Positions 1 to 9,258 are shown, counted from the first letter of the stretch. The stretch is DNA of 64,000 bases from an uncultured Thermoplasmatales archaeon (GCA_964414415.1 CAYPWJ010000001.1:74701-138700), one strand, 5' to 3'. Numbers and translations: made by a program. The notes: generated by a model from the letters alone, not told the origin.

Positions 1-591
1 GACGCAGACGTCGCGGCCAGCCTTCCTGATGTCGATGTCGTCCTCGCGGGCCTGTGCTGCGTCGATGGCCAGGATGACCGGGTTGTCGGTGCGGACTCTG
101 CCGGCCTCCATGGCTTTTTCCCTCGTCCGGCTGAGATGGACCTTTGCCCGGTCGGTCGGGTAGAGCCCGGTCTCCACGATGAGGTCCGCTTCCTCTTCTG
201 TCACCGGATAATAGAGCGTGTCGGCGTCGCTTTTCGGCAGGTCGGTAAGGTCGAGGTCGATGGTGTGCGCGTAGGTGGCGCGTATCCAGTCGCCGTCGAC
301 CTCGTAGCGTCCCTTGTCGTCCGTCGCTGCCAGGGCGACCAGGTGCTCCGTCCGCAGCCAGTGGAAGTTCAGCCGCTCGCCCTTGATGGCATCGACGAGT
401 GCCCCGAGGTTCACCCAGCCGTGATGATCCATCCGGATGCCGAACTGCTCCGGGAAATGCCGGAGGATGCCGGTGACGGTGCCGCCCAGCTTCCTGATCT
501 CCTGGTCGCTCATCAAGAACTTTCCTTTTTCGCTGCAGGTCGGACATCGCTCGTCCCGGTAGTAGCCGTGTTGTGGACATTTTCCAAGCAT
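1..591 (-). CDS. kptA: RNA 2'-phosphotransferase (Tpt1/KptA family), partial; C-terminus runs off the window
   Basis: Minus-strand translation from ATG at 591 gives an N-terminal CPxxG...CPTC zinc ribbon, then LGGTVTGILRHFPEQFGIRMDHHGWV...RAKVHLSRT, the conserved Tpt1 motifs. The start is 1 nt from the mptA stop. The + strand ORF 136..612 is its antisense shadow. Confidence 0.7.
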   Translation of the reverse strand, partial: MLGKCPQHGYYRDERCPTCSEKGKFLMSDQEIRKLGGTVTGILRHFPEQFGIRMDHHGWVNLGALVDAIKGERLNFHWLRTEHLVALAATDDKGRYEVDGDWIRATYAHTIDLDLTDLPKSDADTLYYPVTEEEADLIVETGLYPTDRAKVHLSRTREKAMEAGRVRTDNPVILAIDAAQAREDDIDIRKAGRDVCV

Positions 592-592
592 G

Positions 593-1444
593 TTATCTCT
601 CTTTTTCTCTGAGTTCCCCGAGCGTGGTAACCCGCTCGGCGAACGCGTTATGTTTATGTATCGATTCCAGGCTGGTGCTCCGCGCGGTGACCTCGACGTC
701 GTCGGGCAGCCCGGGATACCGATCCAGGACGTTTTTCAGGAGGTCCCGGACCACGTCCTCGACGAACTTGGGGTTGCCGTGGGCGTTGACCACCACGTCC
801 CGCTCGTCGTTTCGCTTCAGGATCTCGTAGGTGGGCGAGCTCATCGATGCCTCGGCGATGTCGATGAGGTCATCCGCGTCTACCTCACCGCGGCTTTCCA
901 TGACGAGCGTCGCGACGTTCCGCTGGTTGTGCGTCATCCGCGTCTCGCTGCCCTCGCTCTGCCGGATGGTCTCCATGGCGCAGGGACAGGCGGTCATGCC
1001 GGTGACCTCGACGCCGATGAACCGCTGCACCTGCTGCTCTGTGGCGACGACCTCCGCCATGATCGTGTAGGGCTCCATGGTCTTCCGGCCGTTCGGCGTA
1101 AAGCGGTCGAGGAAATAGTCAGCGGTGCCCCGGACCTCTGAGCGTGTCGCATACTCGTGTTTCTCCAGCAGTCGCTCCGCGATGTCTCCGCACATGTCCT
1201 CCAGGCTCGGCGACGGCTCACGGGCAGTCCGCTCGACGACGTCCTCGATGACCTCCGAGTTGCGCGACAGGTCGCTGCCCTTCTTCGAGGCCGGCAGATC
1301 GACGAAGACGTCCATCGACACGATGAGCTGCACGGTCCGCTGCGGCCGCTGGATGTACACCTGTTTCTTGATGCCCTGGATGCCGACCCTGGTGAGCCGG
1401 AACCGGGACTGCGGACGCCATGACTGTACATCGGGGAGCGCCAT
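593..1444 (-). CDS. mptA: GTP cyclohydrolase MptA (archaeal FolE2-type, GTP cyclohydrolase IV)
   Basis: 283 aa. Motifs MTHNQRNVATL, ACPCAMETIRQSE and the overall FolE2/MptA architecture. Confidence 0.85.
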   Translation of the reverse strand: MALPDVQSWRPQSRFRLTRVGIQGIKKQVYIQRPQRTVQLIVSMDVFVDLPASKKGSDLSRNSEVIEDVVERTAREPSPSLEDMCGDIAERLLEKHEYATRSEVRGTADYFLDRFTPNGRKTMEPYTIMAEVVATEQQVQRFIGVEVTGMTACPCAMETIRQSEGSETRMTHNQRNVATLVMESRGEVDADDLIDIAEASMSSPTYEILKRNDERDVVVNAHGNPKFVEDVVRDLLKNVLDRYPGLPDDVEVTARSTSLESIHKHNAFAERVTTLGELREKER

Positions 1445-1491
1445 GCCTCCACATCGGCCTCTGAAATATTAATCTTATGCCACGGTGCAAG

Positions 1492-1604
1492 TGCAGGGGG
1501 AGGGATTTGAACCCCCGGACTCCTTCGAGACAGGATGTCTCCTCGAACCCTTCACTGCTTCGATCTTAAGTCCTGCGCCGTTGGCCATGCTTGGCTACCC
1601 CTGC
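1492..1604 (-). tRNA. tRNA-Leu (anticodon UAA), class II long variable arm, with a roughly 28-nt intron in the anticodon loop
   Basis: The reverse-complement folds as follows. Acceptor GCAGGGG/CCCCTGC. D arm. Anticodon stem CAGGA/TCCTG with loop CUUAAGA (U33, anticodon UAA). The intron follows the loop (ATCGAAGCAGTGAAGGGTTCGAGGAGAC). Long variable hairpin CTC-GAAG-GAG. T arm GGGGG-TTCAAAT-CCCTC. Discriminator A. TATA box 1625-1634 on the minus strand about 25 nt upstream. Confidence 0.65.
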
Positions 1605-1624
1605 CTACGCCTGTATGACCACTC

Positions 1625-1634
1625 GTATATAAAA
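1625..1634 (-). promoter_or_regulatory. TATA box (TTTTATATAC on the minus strand) about 25 nt upstream of the tRNA-Leu 5' end
   Basis: AT-rich octamer at the canonical archaeal -26/-27 position relative to the mature tRNA 5' end at 1604. Confidence 0.4.
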
Positions 1635-1699
1635 GAGATGTGCCTGTACAGGGAACAGATACCAATCTACTTATATATCGCATCTATTTTCCCTCATAC

Positions 1700-3370
1700 A
1701 TGAAAAAGGTGTGCGTCGCCGTCATCCTGCTGCTTCTGCTCACATCACTCGCGCGCACCACCGGGCACACCAGCAGCACAGCAGCGTCAATCGACAGGCA
1801 GCTGCACGAGATGCCCTCCCTTGAAAACATTTCCTCGTTCATCCATGCATTGCCGGCCAGAGTGGACACCTTCGGCATGCAGCCGGGAGCCAACATAACG
1901 ATGGAGCTGGTACAGGCCACCGGGGACGTCGACATGCTCTACCGCGGCAACCAGACCTGGCTGCAGGACGCCCTCGCCACGTTCTACCGGCTGCACGACA
2001 TCTCCGTGAGCCAGCAGGCGCAACAGCGTTTTTATCACCAGACGGCGGCCGTGCCCGACGAGCTCCGGAAGGCCGTCGCGTTGCTCCTCGTTGCCTGCAA
2101 CGACGCCACGGTGCTGGCACGGCAGGCGACCCAGAACCTCACCCAGGAGGAACGCGCCTACCTCCGCCGGACCAACATGAGCGAGACCGATGTGGGAGAG
2201 ATGCTCCGGAGTACACTGATCCAGCGCTTCAACATCCTCCCGGACTTCAGTCTCTTCAAGAGCAATACGAGCTACCTGTTCAGCCTCATAGAAAAAATCA
2301 ACAGAGAGCAGCTGGTGGAGGGGAGCCTGCTCATGGCTCGGGCCGTCCGCACTGCGCTGCCCGTCATCGCCTCCCACGCTGCCTACAACGCAACGCTGCG
2401 GGATCCATCCGGGCGCATCTGCATCGGCGGCAGCGGCAACGACACCTACACCGGGGCTGTCTCCCTCGTCGTCGACGTCGGTGGTGACGACCTCTACGCC
2501 TGCAGCGAACAGGGTGAGGCGACGCTGCGTATCGACGCCGCCGGCGACGACCGGTATCAACACAGCGCTGCCAGCTCTTTCCTGGGCATCGGCATGCTGT
2601 ACGACATCGCCGGCTCCGACGTCTACCACACCGGCAACTGGTCGCAGTCCTACACCTGCGGCGGCGTTACCCTGCTGCTCGACGGCGCCGGGAGCGACAG
2701 ATACCACGCCGGGAGCTACGCGCAGGCCTGCGCTCACGCCGGCGGCTTCGCGTTTCTCGTCGACGTGAGCGGCTCCGACGTCTACAATGCCGGTAACCGC
2801 TCGCAGGGCTGCTCCAACGCCAACGGCGTCGCGCTTCTGCTCGACGTGACCGGCGACGACAGCTATACCGGGGAAAGCCACGTGCAGGGGAGCGCAACAG
2901 CCGGTGGCATCGCCCTGCTCCTCGACTGCCTCGGCGACGACCGGTATAGCTCGGCCACGGAGGCGCAGGGCGCCGGCGAAGGCTGGGCGCTTGGCCTGAA
3001 AAAGGTGAGCACCGGCTTGATGGTCGACGTGGCCGGCAACGACCGCTACGAGGCGAGCTCCCGTGCACAGGGCTACGGTACCCTTGCAGGCGTGGGATGC
3101 CTCACCGACATGCTGGGCAACGACGACTACAAGGCGACGCGCTTGTCGCAGAGCTACGGCAGCTTGTTCGGCATCGCCATGCTCATGGACCTCGGCGGCG
3201 GCAACAGCTACCGGCAGCCTATCGCTCCACCTGCTGACAGAGCCGACGGCACCTCGGTGAAGATAGACGACATCGGCGCGCTGCCCAGCGAAAAACTGCT
3301 CGACCTGCTCGACTACGTGCGCGACCGGGATATCCTGCCGCTGTCCTCATTCCTCGATATCTTCCGATAG
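1700..3370 (+). CDS. Secreted protein with about 13 tandem 22-23-residue repeats (consensus G-x-LLLD-x-x-G-D/S-D-x-Y, beta-helix/beta-roll-like)
   Basis: Start at MKKVCVAVILLLLL (signal peptide; ATG 1700; TATA CTTATATATCG at 1670-1680). The repeat unit recurs from about residue 250 to 520. The track ORF start at 1640 is an upstream in-frame extension. Confidence 0.7.
   Translation: MKKVCVAVILLLLLTSLARTTGHTSSTAASIDRQLHEMPSLENISSFIHALPARVDTFGMQPGANITMELVQATGDVDMLYRGNQTWLQDALATFYRLHDISVSQQAQQRFYHQTAAVPDELRKAVALLLVACNDATVLARQATQNLTQEERAYLRRTNMSETDVGEMLRSTLIQRFNILPDFSLFKSNTSYLFSLIEKINREQLVEGSLLMARAVRTALPVIASHAAYNATLRDPSGRICIGGSGNDTYTGAVSLVVDVGGDDLYACSEQGEATLRIDAAGDDRYQHSAASSFLGIGMLYDIAGSDVYHTGNWSQSYTCGGVTLLLDGAGSDRYHAGSYAQACAHAGGFAFLVDVSGSDVYNAGNRSQGCSNANGVALLLDVTGDDSYTGESHVQGSATAGGIALLLDCLGDDRYSSATEAQGAGEGWALGLKKVSTGLMVDVAGNDRYEASSRAQGYGTLAGVGCLTDMLGNDDYKATRLSQSYGSLFGIAMLMDLGGGNSYRQPIAPPADRADGTSVKIDDIGALPSEKLLDLLDYVRDRDILPLSSFLDIFR
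2440..3240 (+). repeat. In-frame tandem coding repeat, about 66-69 bp period, about 12-13 copies
   Basis: Periodic recurrence of ...GSDRY/GDDxY...LLLD... in the translated product. The DNA copies are diverged. Confidence 0.5.
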
Positions 3371-4702
3371 CCTGTCGAGCGTCTTCTGAACGATTTCAGG
3401 CGCGGCACCGATGTATGCAGCCGCATCGAGCGTCTCTCTGACGCCGTCTTCATCCAGCCGCGAGCGAACCGCATTGTTCTCCATGAGGACCTCCCGTAGA
3501 TGTCGGTCGCTCTCAATCGCCTCGAGGGAGCACCGGCGCAGCAGCTCGTGGGCCTCCTGCCGTCCCATCCCGTGGTCGACAAGCCGGAGCATGACCGCCT
3601 CGGCGAGCGGCAGCCCCTTGCTTCGCTCCAGGTTTTCCTTCATCCGTTCGGGGCGTACCTCGAGGTTGGCGAAGACACGATGCATCCGGAAGAGTATCCA
3701 GTCGGTGAGCACCAATGCGTGCGGGATGACGAAGCGCTCCGACGACGAATTGCAGAGGTCACGCTCGTGCCACTGCACCGCGTTCTCCCAGGCCGGCGGC
3801 AGCTGCGCTCTGACCATCCGGGCGAGGCCACATATCTGCTCGCAGGCGATGGGGTTCTTCTTGTGCGGCATCGTCGACGAGCCCACCTGCTTCGCCCCGA
3901 ATGACTCGGCTGCCTCGCCGATCTCGGTGCGCTGCAGGTTCCGTATCTCCGTCGCAAATTTTTCCAGGGAGGCAGCTATGTTGGCCAGCACGGACAGCAT
4001 CCCGATGTACCGATCCCGGCCCACGATCTGCGTGGCCGGTAGCTCAGCCTCGAGGCCGAGCTCCTCCATCACCCGCTGCTGCAGTTCAAAAAACCGCTCG
4101 GCAAAGCCGGCGCCGGTGCCAACCGCACCGGCCATCTTGCCCACCGCCACGTCACGTCGTGCCGCCGCGACACGCCGGAGATGACGGCTGACCTCTGCAG
4201 CGTAGACCGCCATCTTCAGGCCGAACGTTATCGGCAGCGCCGCCTGCCCATGCGTCCGCCCCAGCATGACCGTGTCGCGGTGCTCGTCAGCCAGATCCAT
4301 CAGCGTTCGCTGCAGCTCCCTGAGGTCATCCATGACGAGGTCGAGCGCCGCCGTCATCTGCAGCGCATTGGCGGAATCCACGATGTCGTAGGAGGTGGCA
4401 CCGAGATGCACGTAGCTGCCCGCGTCGCCGTCGCACTGTTCCGCCAGCGCCTTCACCATCGCCATCACGTCGTGATGTATCTCGCGTTCTATCTCCCGGA
4501 CCCGGTCGACCTCGACATGTTCAAGCGACGCCTTCCGGGATATCTCCTCGGCAGCCTCACCGGGGATGTTGCCCAGCGCTGCATGGGCCCGGGCGAGCGC
4601 AGCCTCGACCTGCAGCTGGTAGCTGAGGCGTCCCTTCTCGCTGAATATCTCTTTCATGGCGTTGCGGCCGTAGCGGTAGTCAAGCGGGCAGACGTTGCTC
4701 AT
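3347..4702 (-). CDS. purB: Adenylosuccinate lyase
   Basis: 451 aa. N-terminal CPLDYRYG signature, fumarate-lyase family motifs (GATSYDIVD, GSSTMPHKKNP). Confidence 0.9.
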   Translation of the reverse strand: MSNVCPLDYRYGRNAMKEIFSEKGRLSYQLQVEAALARAHAALGNIPGEAAEEISRKASLEHVEVDRVREIEREIHHDVMAMVKALAEQCDGDAGSYVHLGATSYDIVDSANALQMTAALDLVMDDLRELQRTLMDLADEHRDTVMLGRTHGQAALPITFGLKMAVYAAEVSRHLRRVAAARRDVAVGKMAGAVGTGAGFAERFFELQQRVMEELGLEAELPATQIVGRDRYIGMLSVLANIAASLEKFATEIRNLQRTEIGEAAESFGAKQVGSSTMPHKKNPIACEQICGLARMVRAQLPPAWENAVQWHERDLCNSSSERFVIPHALVLTDWILFRMHRVFANLEVRPERMKENLERSKGLPLAEAVMLRLVDHGMGRQEAHELLRRCSLEAIESDRHLREVLMENNAVRSRLDEDGVRETLDAAAYIGAAPEIVQKTLDRLSEDIEE

Positions 4703-4765
4703 GGCATGACATCCGGCTTGGATTATAATTCATTTTTGGCTTCTTGGCCTCGCCATGCCGATAAA

Positions 4766-4883
4766 TGCGGGCGCCGGGATTTGAACCCGGGTAATAGCCT
4801 GTTTGCGCCCCTTCCTTTGCGATGTAACGCTTTTAAAGGGTTACCTGGCAAGGCTATGTGATACCAATCTACACTACACCCGC
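4766..4883 (-). tRNA. Intron-containing tRNA. Best fold is tRNA-Gly(GCC) with a 44/45-nt intron. An alternative 1-nt-shifted fold gives Trp(CCA).
   Basis: Acceptor GCGGGTG/CGCCCGC (with G-U). T arm CCGGG-TTCAAAT-CCCGG. Discriminator A. Anticodon stem TAGCC/GGCTA with loop UUGCCAG gives U33, anticodon GCC and A37. Loop nucleotides UUGC can pair with intron GCAA, leaving a 3-nt bulge AC|A, which is consistent with a BHB splice motif. The CCA reading requires G33 and a 2-nt 26-spacer. Confidence 0.6.
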
Positions 4884-5003
4884 GGTGTGCAGCCTGTAAA
4901 TGGCATGTCCATCCAAATACTTTGCGGTTCAGGTGGATTCGCTGCCGGCGGCGGACGGCATACCACAACGTTTTTATAACGTCGCCGCTATTCATCGACC
5001 GCA

Positions 5004-5074
5004 GGGAATGGGGTTAAAAAAATGAAAACCATTTCATTTTTTGCCTCCCAACCTCCCCCCATTCCCGCTTTTTA
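5004..5074 (+). other. Nested inverted repeats (GGGAATGGGG...CCCCATTCCC with inner AATGAAA...TTTCATT) followed by a T5 tract. Possible small structured RNA or terminator.
   Basis: Seen directly in the sequence. Lies in a 320-bp AT-rich intergenic region between the tRNA at 4883 and the small gene at 5201. A TATA-like TTTTTATAAC sits about 35 nt upstream. Confidence 0.3.
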
Positions 5075-5200
5075 CTCCGTGCTCTGTTTACTCCATACTC
5101 TGTGATGACTTGTTTGGTATCTGTCGGACCCGGTAGCGTTTTCTTGCAGACAAAAATTTTATAATTGTTAACTCCATTGTGTGGTAGGAGGTGAAAAGAC

Positions 5201-5392
5201 GTGTTAGACAACGACGTATACAACCTGATGGAACAGCTGCTCGAGGAGAGCAAGAGTCTCTGGCAGATAAAACACCACTACAAGGAGGATGCGGCCGACT
5301 GCGATGAATGCCGCCGCTTCTGGGAGCAGCTGGAAGAGGACAAGGAGCAGCACATCGAGGACCTAGAGCAGCTGCTCCGAAGCCACCTGTAG
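5201..5392 (+). CDS. Small acidic coiled-coil protein with a CxxC pair (hypothetical, 63 aa)
   Basis: GTG start preceded by GGAGGTG (spacing about 8 nt). No overlapping ORF. A pyrimidine/T-rich stretch follows the stop. Confidence 0.55.
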   Translation: MLDNDVYNLMEQLLEESKSLWQIKHHYKEDAADCDECRRFWEQLEEDKEQHIEDLEQLLRSHL

Positions 5393-5426
5393 CGCCTTTC
5401 CCTCTTTTCTTTTTCCCTCGGGAACA

Positions 5427-5436
5427 TTTTTATGTA
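5427..5436 (+). promoter_or_regulatory. TATA box (TTTTATGTAG) for ligA. The ATG lies 22 nt downstream of the box, a leaderless-type spacing.
   Basis: Position relative to ATG 5458. Confidence 0.4.
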
Positions 5437-5457
5437 GCATCTGGTTTTTGACCCAGT

Positions 5458-7497
5458 ATGGTCGAGCTACCGGCAGACGAAAAAAAACGCCTCCGCGCTC
5501 TCTCCAGGGATGAGGCAGCAAAAAAAATCGAGGAGCTCCGCGACGACATCCGCCACCACAACTACCTCTACTACGTCAAAAACGAGCCCGAGATATCCGA
5601 CGCGCAATACGATAAACTCGTCAAGAAGCTGGAGCTGCTTGAAGACGAATGGCCGGAGATGGTGACCGAGGACTCACCCACCCAGCGGGTCGGTGCTCCA
5701 CCTGTCGATGAGTTTCCAACAGTCGAGCACGTCAGGCCCATGCTCTCGCTCGACACCGCGGACGAGGAAGAAGTCCAGGCGTTTCACGAGCGCGTGCAAC
5801 GCGAGCTCGGCGTCGACGAGGTGGCATATGCACTTGAGCCCAAGCTCGACGGCCTCAGCATCGAGGTTATCTACCGCAACGGCTCCTACGAGCGTGGTGC
5901 CACCCGCGGCGACGGTGTCAACGGCGAGGACGTCAGCAACAACATCAAGACCATCCGGGCGGTGCCCCTCCGGCTGCACGGCGACGCCGACGACCTGCCC
6001 GATATGCTGGCCGTCCGCGGCGAGGTCATCATGCACATCGATGCTTTCGAGGCATACAACAAGGAACTGATCCAGGAGGGCGAGGAACCGATGGCGAATC
6101 CGCGCAACGCCGCCGCTGGCTCGCTGCGGCTGCTCGACCCCAGCAAGACAGCGGAGCGACCGCTGGATGTCTTTTTCTACGAGATCATGAACTACGAGGA
6201 CATCGACCTGGACACCCAGGCCGAGGCCCTTGAGCTGCTCGAGCGGCTGGGGCTCAAAACCAATCCGCTGGCTGAGGTGCATACGAGCGTTGAAGACCTC
6301 CACGCCTACCACGACGAGATGGAAGCGCGGCGGGAGGACCTCAGCTACGAGATAGACGGCGTGGTCATCAAGGTCAATCGCTTTGATTTCCAGGAGCAGA
6401 TGGGCACCAAGACCCGGAGCCCCCGGTGGGCCGTCGCCTACAAGTTCCCGCCGCGCCGCGAGGAGACCCAGATACGGGACATCACGGTCCAGGTCGGCCG
6501 GACGGGCATCCTGACGCCGCTGGCGCTGCTCAAGCCCGTCGACGTGCAGGGCGTAACGGTATCGAGGGCCAGCCTGCACAACCTGGACTATGTGAGAGAA
6601 AAGGACATCCGGATCGGCGACTGGGTGAAGGTCGTCCGAGCCGGCGACGTCATCCCTGAGGTGCTGGAGCCCATCGAGGAGGAGCGGAGCGGCGACGAAG
6701 AACGATTTGAGATGCCGCAGCAGTGCCCTGTGTGCGGCAGCACCGTCGTCAAGGATGGCGCCTACTACCGCTGCTCCGGCGGGCTGAGCTGTCCGGCGCA
6801 GCTCAAAAAAAGCATCGAGCACTTCGGCTCAAAGGGCGCGCTTGACATCGAGGGCCTCGGCGAGCAGACCGTCGCGCTGCTCGTCGACGAAGGCCTGGTC
6901 GAGCGGGTCAGCGATCTCTACCGCCTGGATGTCGACGACCTGACCGGGCTGCCGCGCTTTGCCGAGACCTCGGCTGCAAACCTCGTCCAGGCGATCCGGG
7001 GGAGCACGGAGCAGCCGCTCGACCGGGTCATCTACGCGCTGGGCATCCCGCACGTCGGGCGGCATATGGCCCACGTCCTGTCGGAGCAATTCGGCAGCAT
7101 GGATGCATTGATGCATGCCTCGCGGGAGGATCTCCGCGATGTCAGGGAGGTCGGGCCGGAGATAGCGCACAGCGTCGTCGACTTCTTCAGCGAGGAACGC
7201 AACCTGGAGGAGATCGAACGGCTGCGTGAGCACGGGGTCACGATGGAGTATGAGCCGGCGACCGGCGCCTTGGAGGGCCTGACGTTCGTGTTCACCGGCT
7301 CCCTGGACAATTATACCCGGGGCGAGGTGAAGGAGCTCGTGGGGCGGGAGGGCGGCCGTGCGGTGTCCAGCGTGAGCAACAGGGTTGACTACGTCGTCGT
7401 CGGCGCGGATCCCGGCTCGAAGCTTGACAGGGCGCGGGAGCTCGACGTCGAGGTCATCGACGAGGCGGCGTTTGAGGAGCTCCTGGGCGACACATAA
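5458..7497 (+). CDS. ligA: NAD+-dependent DNA ligase (bacterial LigA type; full domain set)
   Basis: 679 aa. N-terminal Ia domain (HNYLYYV...ISDAQYD), adenylation KxDG (EPKLDGLSIEV), OB fold, Cys4 zinc finger (CPVCGS...CSGGLSCPAQ), HhH repeats and a C-terminal BRCT domain. Confidence 0.9.
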   Translation: MVELPADEKKRLRALSRDEAAKKIEELRDDIRHHNYLYYVKNEPEISDAQYDKLVKKLELLEDEWPEMVTEDSPTQRVGAPPVDEFPTVEHVRPMLSLDTADEEEVQAFHERVQRELGVDEVAYALEPKLDGLSIEVIYRNGSYERGATRGDGVNGEDVSNNIKTIRAVPLRLHGDADDLPDMLAVRGEVIMHIDAFEAYNKELIQEGEEPMANPRNAAAGSLRLLDPSKTAERPLDVFFYEIMNYEDIDLDTQAEALELLERLGLKTNPLAEVHTSVEDLHAYHDEMEARREDLSYEIDGVVIKVNRFDFQEQMGTKTRSPRWAVAYKFPPRREETQIRDITVQVGRTGILTPLALLKPVDVQGVTVSRASLHNLDYVREKDIRIGDWVKVVRAGDVIPEVLEPIEEERSGDEERFEMPQQCPVCGSTVVKDGAYYRCSGGLSCPAQLKKSIEHFGSKGALDIEGLGEQTVALLVDEGLVERVSDLYRLDVDDLTGLPRFAETSAANLVQAIRGSTEQPLDRVIYALGIPHVGRHMAHVLSEQFGSMDALMHASREDLRDVREVGPEIAHSVVDFFSEERNLEEIERLREHGVTMEYEPATGALEGLTFVFTGSLDNYTRGEVKELVGREGGRAVSSVSNRVDYVVVGADPGSKLDRARELDVEVIDEAAFEELLGDT

Positions 7498-7932
7498 TCG
7501 CCGGGTATATAAAGGAGTCTCGGAAATCCTTAACTCTATCGCCCGCGGAGGGGTGCCTCGAGCTCCAGATTGAGGCTCTCAACGGGGATGACACGTCACA
7601 GGTGGAGATGGCGCGGGAGTCCGTCAAGCGCGTCGAGGCGGTCATCAACATCGTCGAAAAAAGGCGAGATACACGAGTAAGCCTGTCGGGGCGACGGGTG
7701 CCTCGGATGCCAGCAGACATCTTTCGACGGTGCCTGTAGTTGGACCTGCTTTTCCATGCTTCCAGTCCCTGCTCCGTGGCGCGTTGCGGAAAATAGATAT
7801 ATTTTAAAAATGCTGTTTGTTTCCGCATTGGCGAGCCGTGAGCGTGAAACGGACGGAGATGTACAGCTGCCGCTCCTGTACCAGGAAAACCATGAAACGA
7901 GGGATTGAACCAAAAATGGAGAATAATACGTT

Positions 7933-9258
7933 TTGACCATGGAATGGAGGTTGACGTCCCGGTCTCCACCAAAGGCATTGCTTGTCGTCGTCGTGGCAGC
8001 TCTGGGCCTCTACCTGATGTGGATATGGCGTCCACTGGGCCTGTTTCATTCCTGGAATGAGGCGTACTACATGATGCGCGTCGCACATATCGCTCGGGGT
8101 GGAAGCTATTTTGACTGGGGGTTTGACAATCCGCCATTGTTTGTATATGTGCTGACTGTGCTCTCCAGGCTACGTCTCAACCTGGTCTTTTTTCGGTTGT
8201 TCATCGTTTTCTGTACGCTCATCACCACCTGCGGGGTCTACGAATTGGGATCCGTCTTTGCAGATAAAAAAACAGGGATGGCGGCGGCTATCCTCTACGC
8301 GTTTTTTCCGTTGACCGTTGTATTCAGTAAAAAACTGCAGATTGACATGTTCGGCGTCATGTTGATGACGCTGTCTTTTTATTTTGCTGTCATAGGCGTA
8401 AAGCAAAAACGGTCATGGCTTCATCTCTCGGGCGTGTTGCTCGGCCTCGCCGTTCTAACGAAATTTCCATTTGGACTGGTGGCGATTCCCATCCTGTATT
8501 ACCTCTATAGAAAAGACGTCGGATGGAAACGGATTCTTTTCACGTTGTCCGAGGGCGCCCTCGTCGCGTCGCTGTGGGCCGGATACGTTGTGATGACACG
8601 CCCCTCGTTTTTCGACGAACGAGTCTCGTCGTCCTCCAATTTCTTTGGCTTCGGGGCCATGCACGCCGGGGCTCCTCTCTACCAGCTGGCGATGGTGGCG
8701 ACTGCAGTGCTGACGCTGGCATTGTTGCTTGCGCTGTTTTTTCGGAGGCAGCCGGCGAACGTCGAAGAGAGAACCCTCGGTGTGTTTTCCATCGTCTATG
8801 CGCTCTTTTTCATGGTGCTCCCTAACCATGAATACTACCTGCTGCCGCTGCTGGTGCCATTGTTCGTCTACGTGGCCCTGAAATGGCAGAGGGGGCAGTG
8901 GCGGAAGATAGCTATTGGTTTCCTGCTGGTTTCTCTTCTCCTGCTGGCCTGTCGGCCGGTCTACGAAGTAAACTGGCGGCGGACGACGAACTATATCGAA
9001 ACGAGATACGCTGCAGAAAACATAACGGTGTATGCCTCCAACCCCCGTGCGGCGGGATATTATCTCCATCGCAATGTCACGTTACTCACCTCTCGTGTGG
9101 ATGACGGTTTCCCGCCCAATGCCGTTGTAGCGTTCACCTGCTACGACGTCGCCAACCTGAAAGCTGTTCATCTCTGGGAACCCATCCAGGAGCAGCTGGT
9201 GCTGCTGAAGCAGTGGGACGACAAAATGTTCATCTATGGAGGCGAAGCGCTGCCATGA
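7933..9258 (+). CDS. Polytopic membrane glycosyltransferase, GT39/GT83 (PMT/ArnT-like) family
   Basis: 441 aa. About 11 predicted TM helices with a DxxE-like loop. Directly upstream of a Dpm1-like GT2 gene, the classic donor-synthase/transferase pair. Confidence 0.7.
   Translation: MTMEWRLTSRSPPKALLVVVVAALGLYLMWIWRPLGLFHSWNEAYYMMRVAHIARGGSYFDWGFDNPPLFVYVLTVLSRLRLNLVFFRLFIVFCTLITTCGVYELGSVFADKKTGMAAAILYAFFPLTVVFSKKLQIDMFGVMLMTLSFYFAVIGVKQKRSWLHLSGVLLGLAVLTKFPFGLVAIPILYYLYRKDVGWKRILFTLSEGALVASLWAGYVVMTRPSFFDERVSSSSNFFGFGAMHAGAPLYQLAMVATAVLTLALLLALFFRRQPANVEERTLGVFSIVYALFFMVLPNHEYYLLPLLVPLFVYVALKWQRGQWRKIAIGFLLVSLLLLACRPVYEVNWRRTTNYIETRYAAENITVYASNPRAAGYYLHRNVTLLTSRVDDGFPPNAVVAFTCYDVANLKAVHLWEPIQEQLVLLKQWDDKMFIYGGEALP

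Noticed and set aside
136-612. Plus-strand 158-aa ORF at the window start
   Set aside because: It is the antisense shadow of the KptA/Tpt1 gene (1..591, minus), whose translation shows the conserved family motifs.
4766-4883. Calling this intron-containing tRNA tRNA-Trp(CCA), the usual archaeal intron host
   Set aside because: Not fully rejected. That register gives G33 instead of the near-universal U33, needs a 2-nt spacer at position 26, and does not form the BHB helix. The GCC (Gly) register satisfies all three. Kept as an alternative in the feature call.
5102-5108. GTGATGA (C-box-like) in the 4884-5200 spacer as a possible C/D box sRNA
   Set aside because: No D/D' (CUGA) or C' boxes at the expected spacing on either strand.
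7610-7738. 43-aa basic peptide ORF (MARESVKRVEAVINIVEKRRDTRVSLSGRRVPRMPADIFRRCL) downstream of the TATA at 7505
   Set aside because: No family resemblance and GC-driven Arg richness. Recorded only as part of the unexplained 7498-7932 non-coding region.
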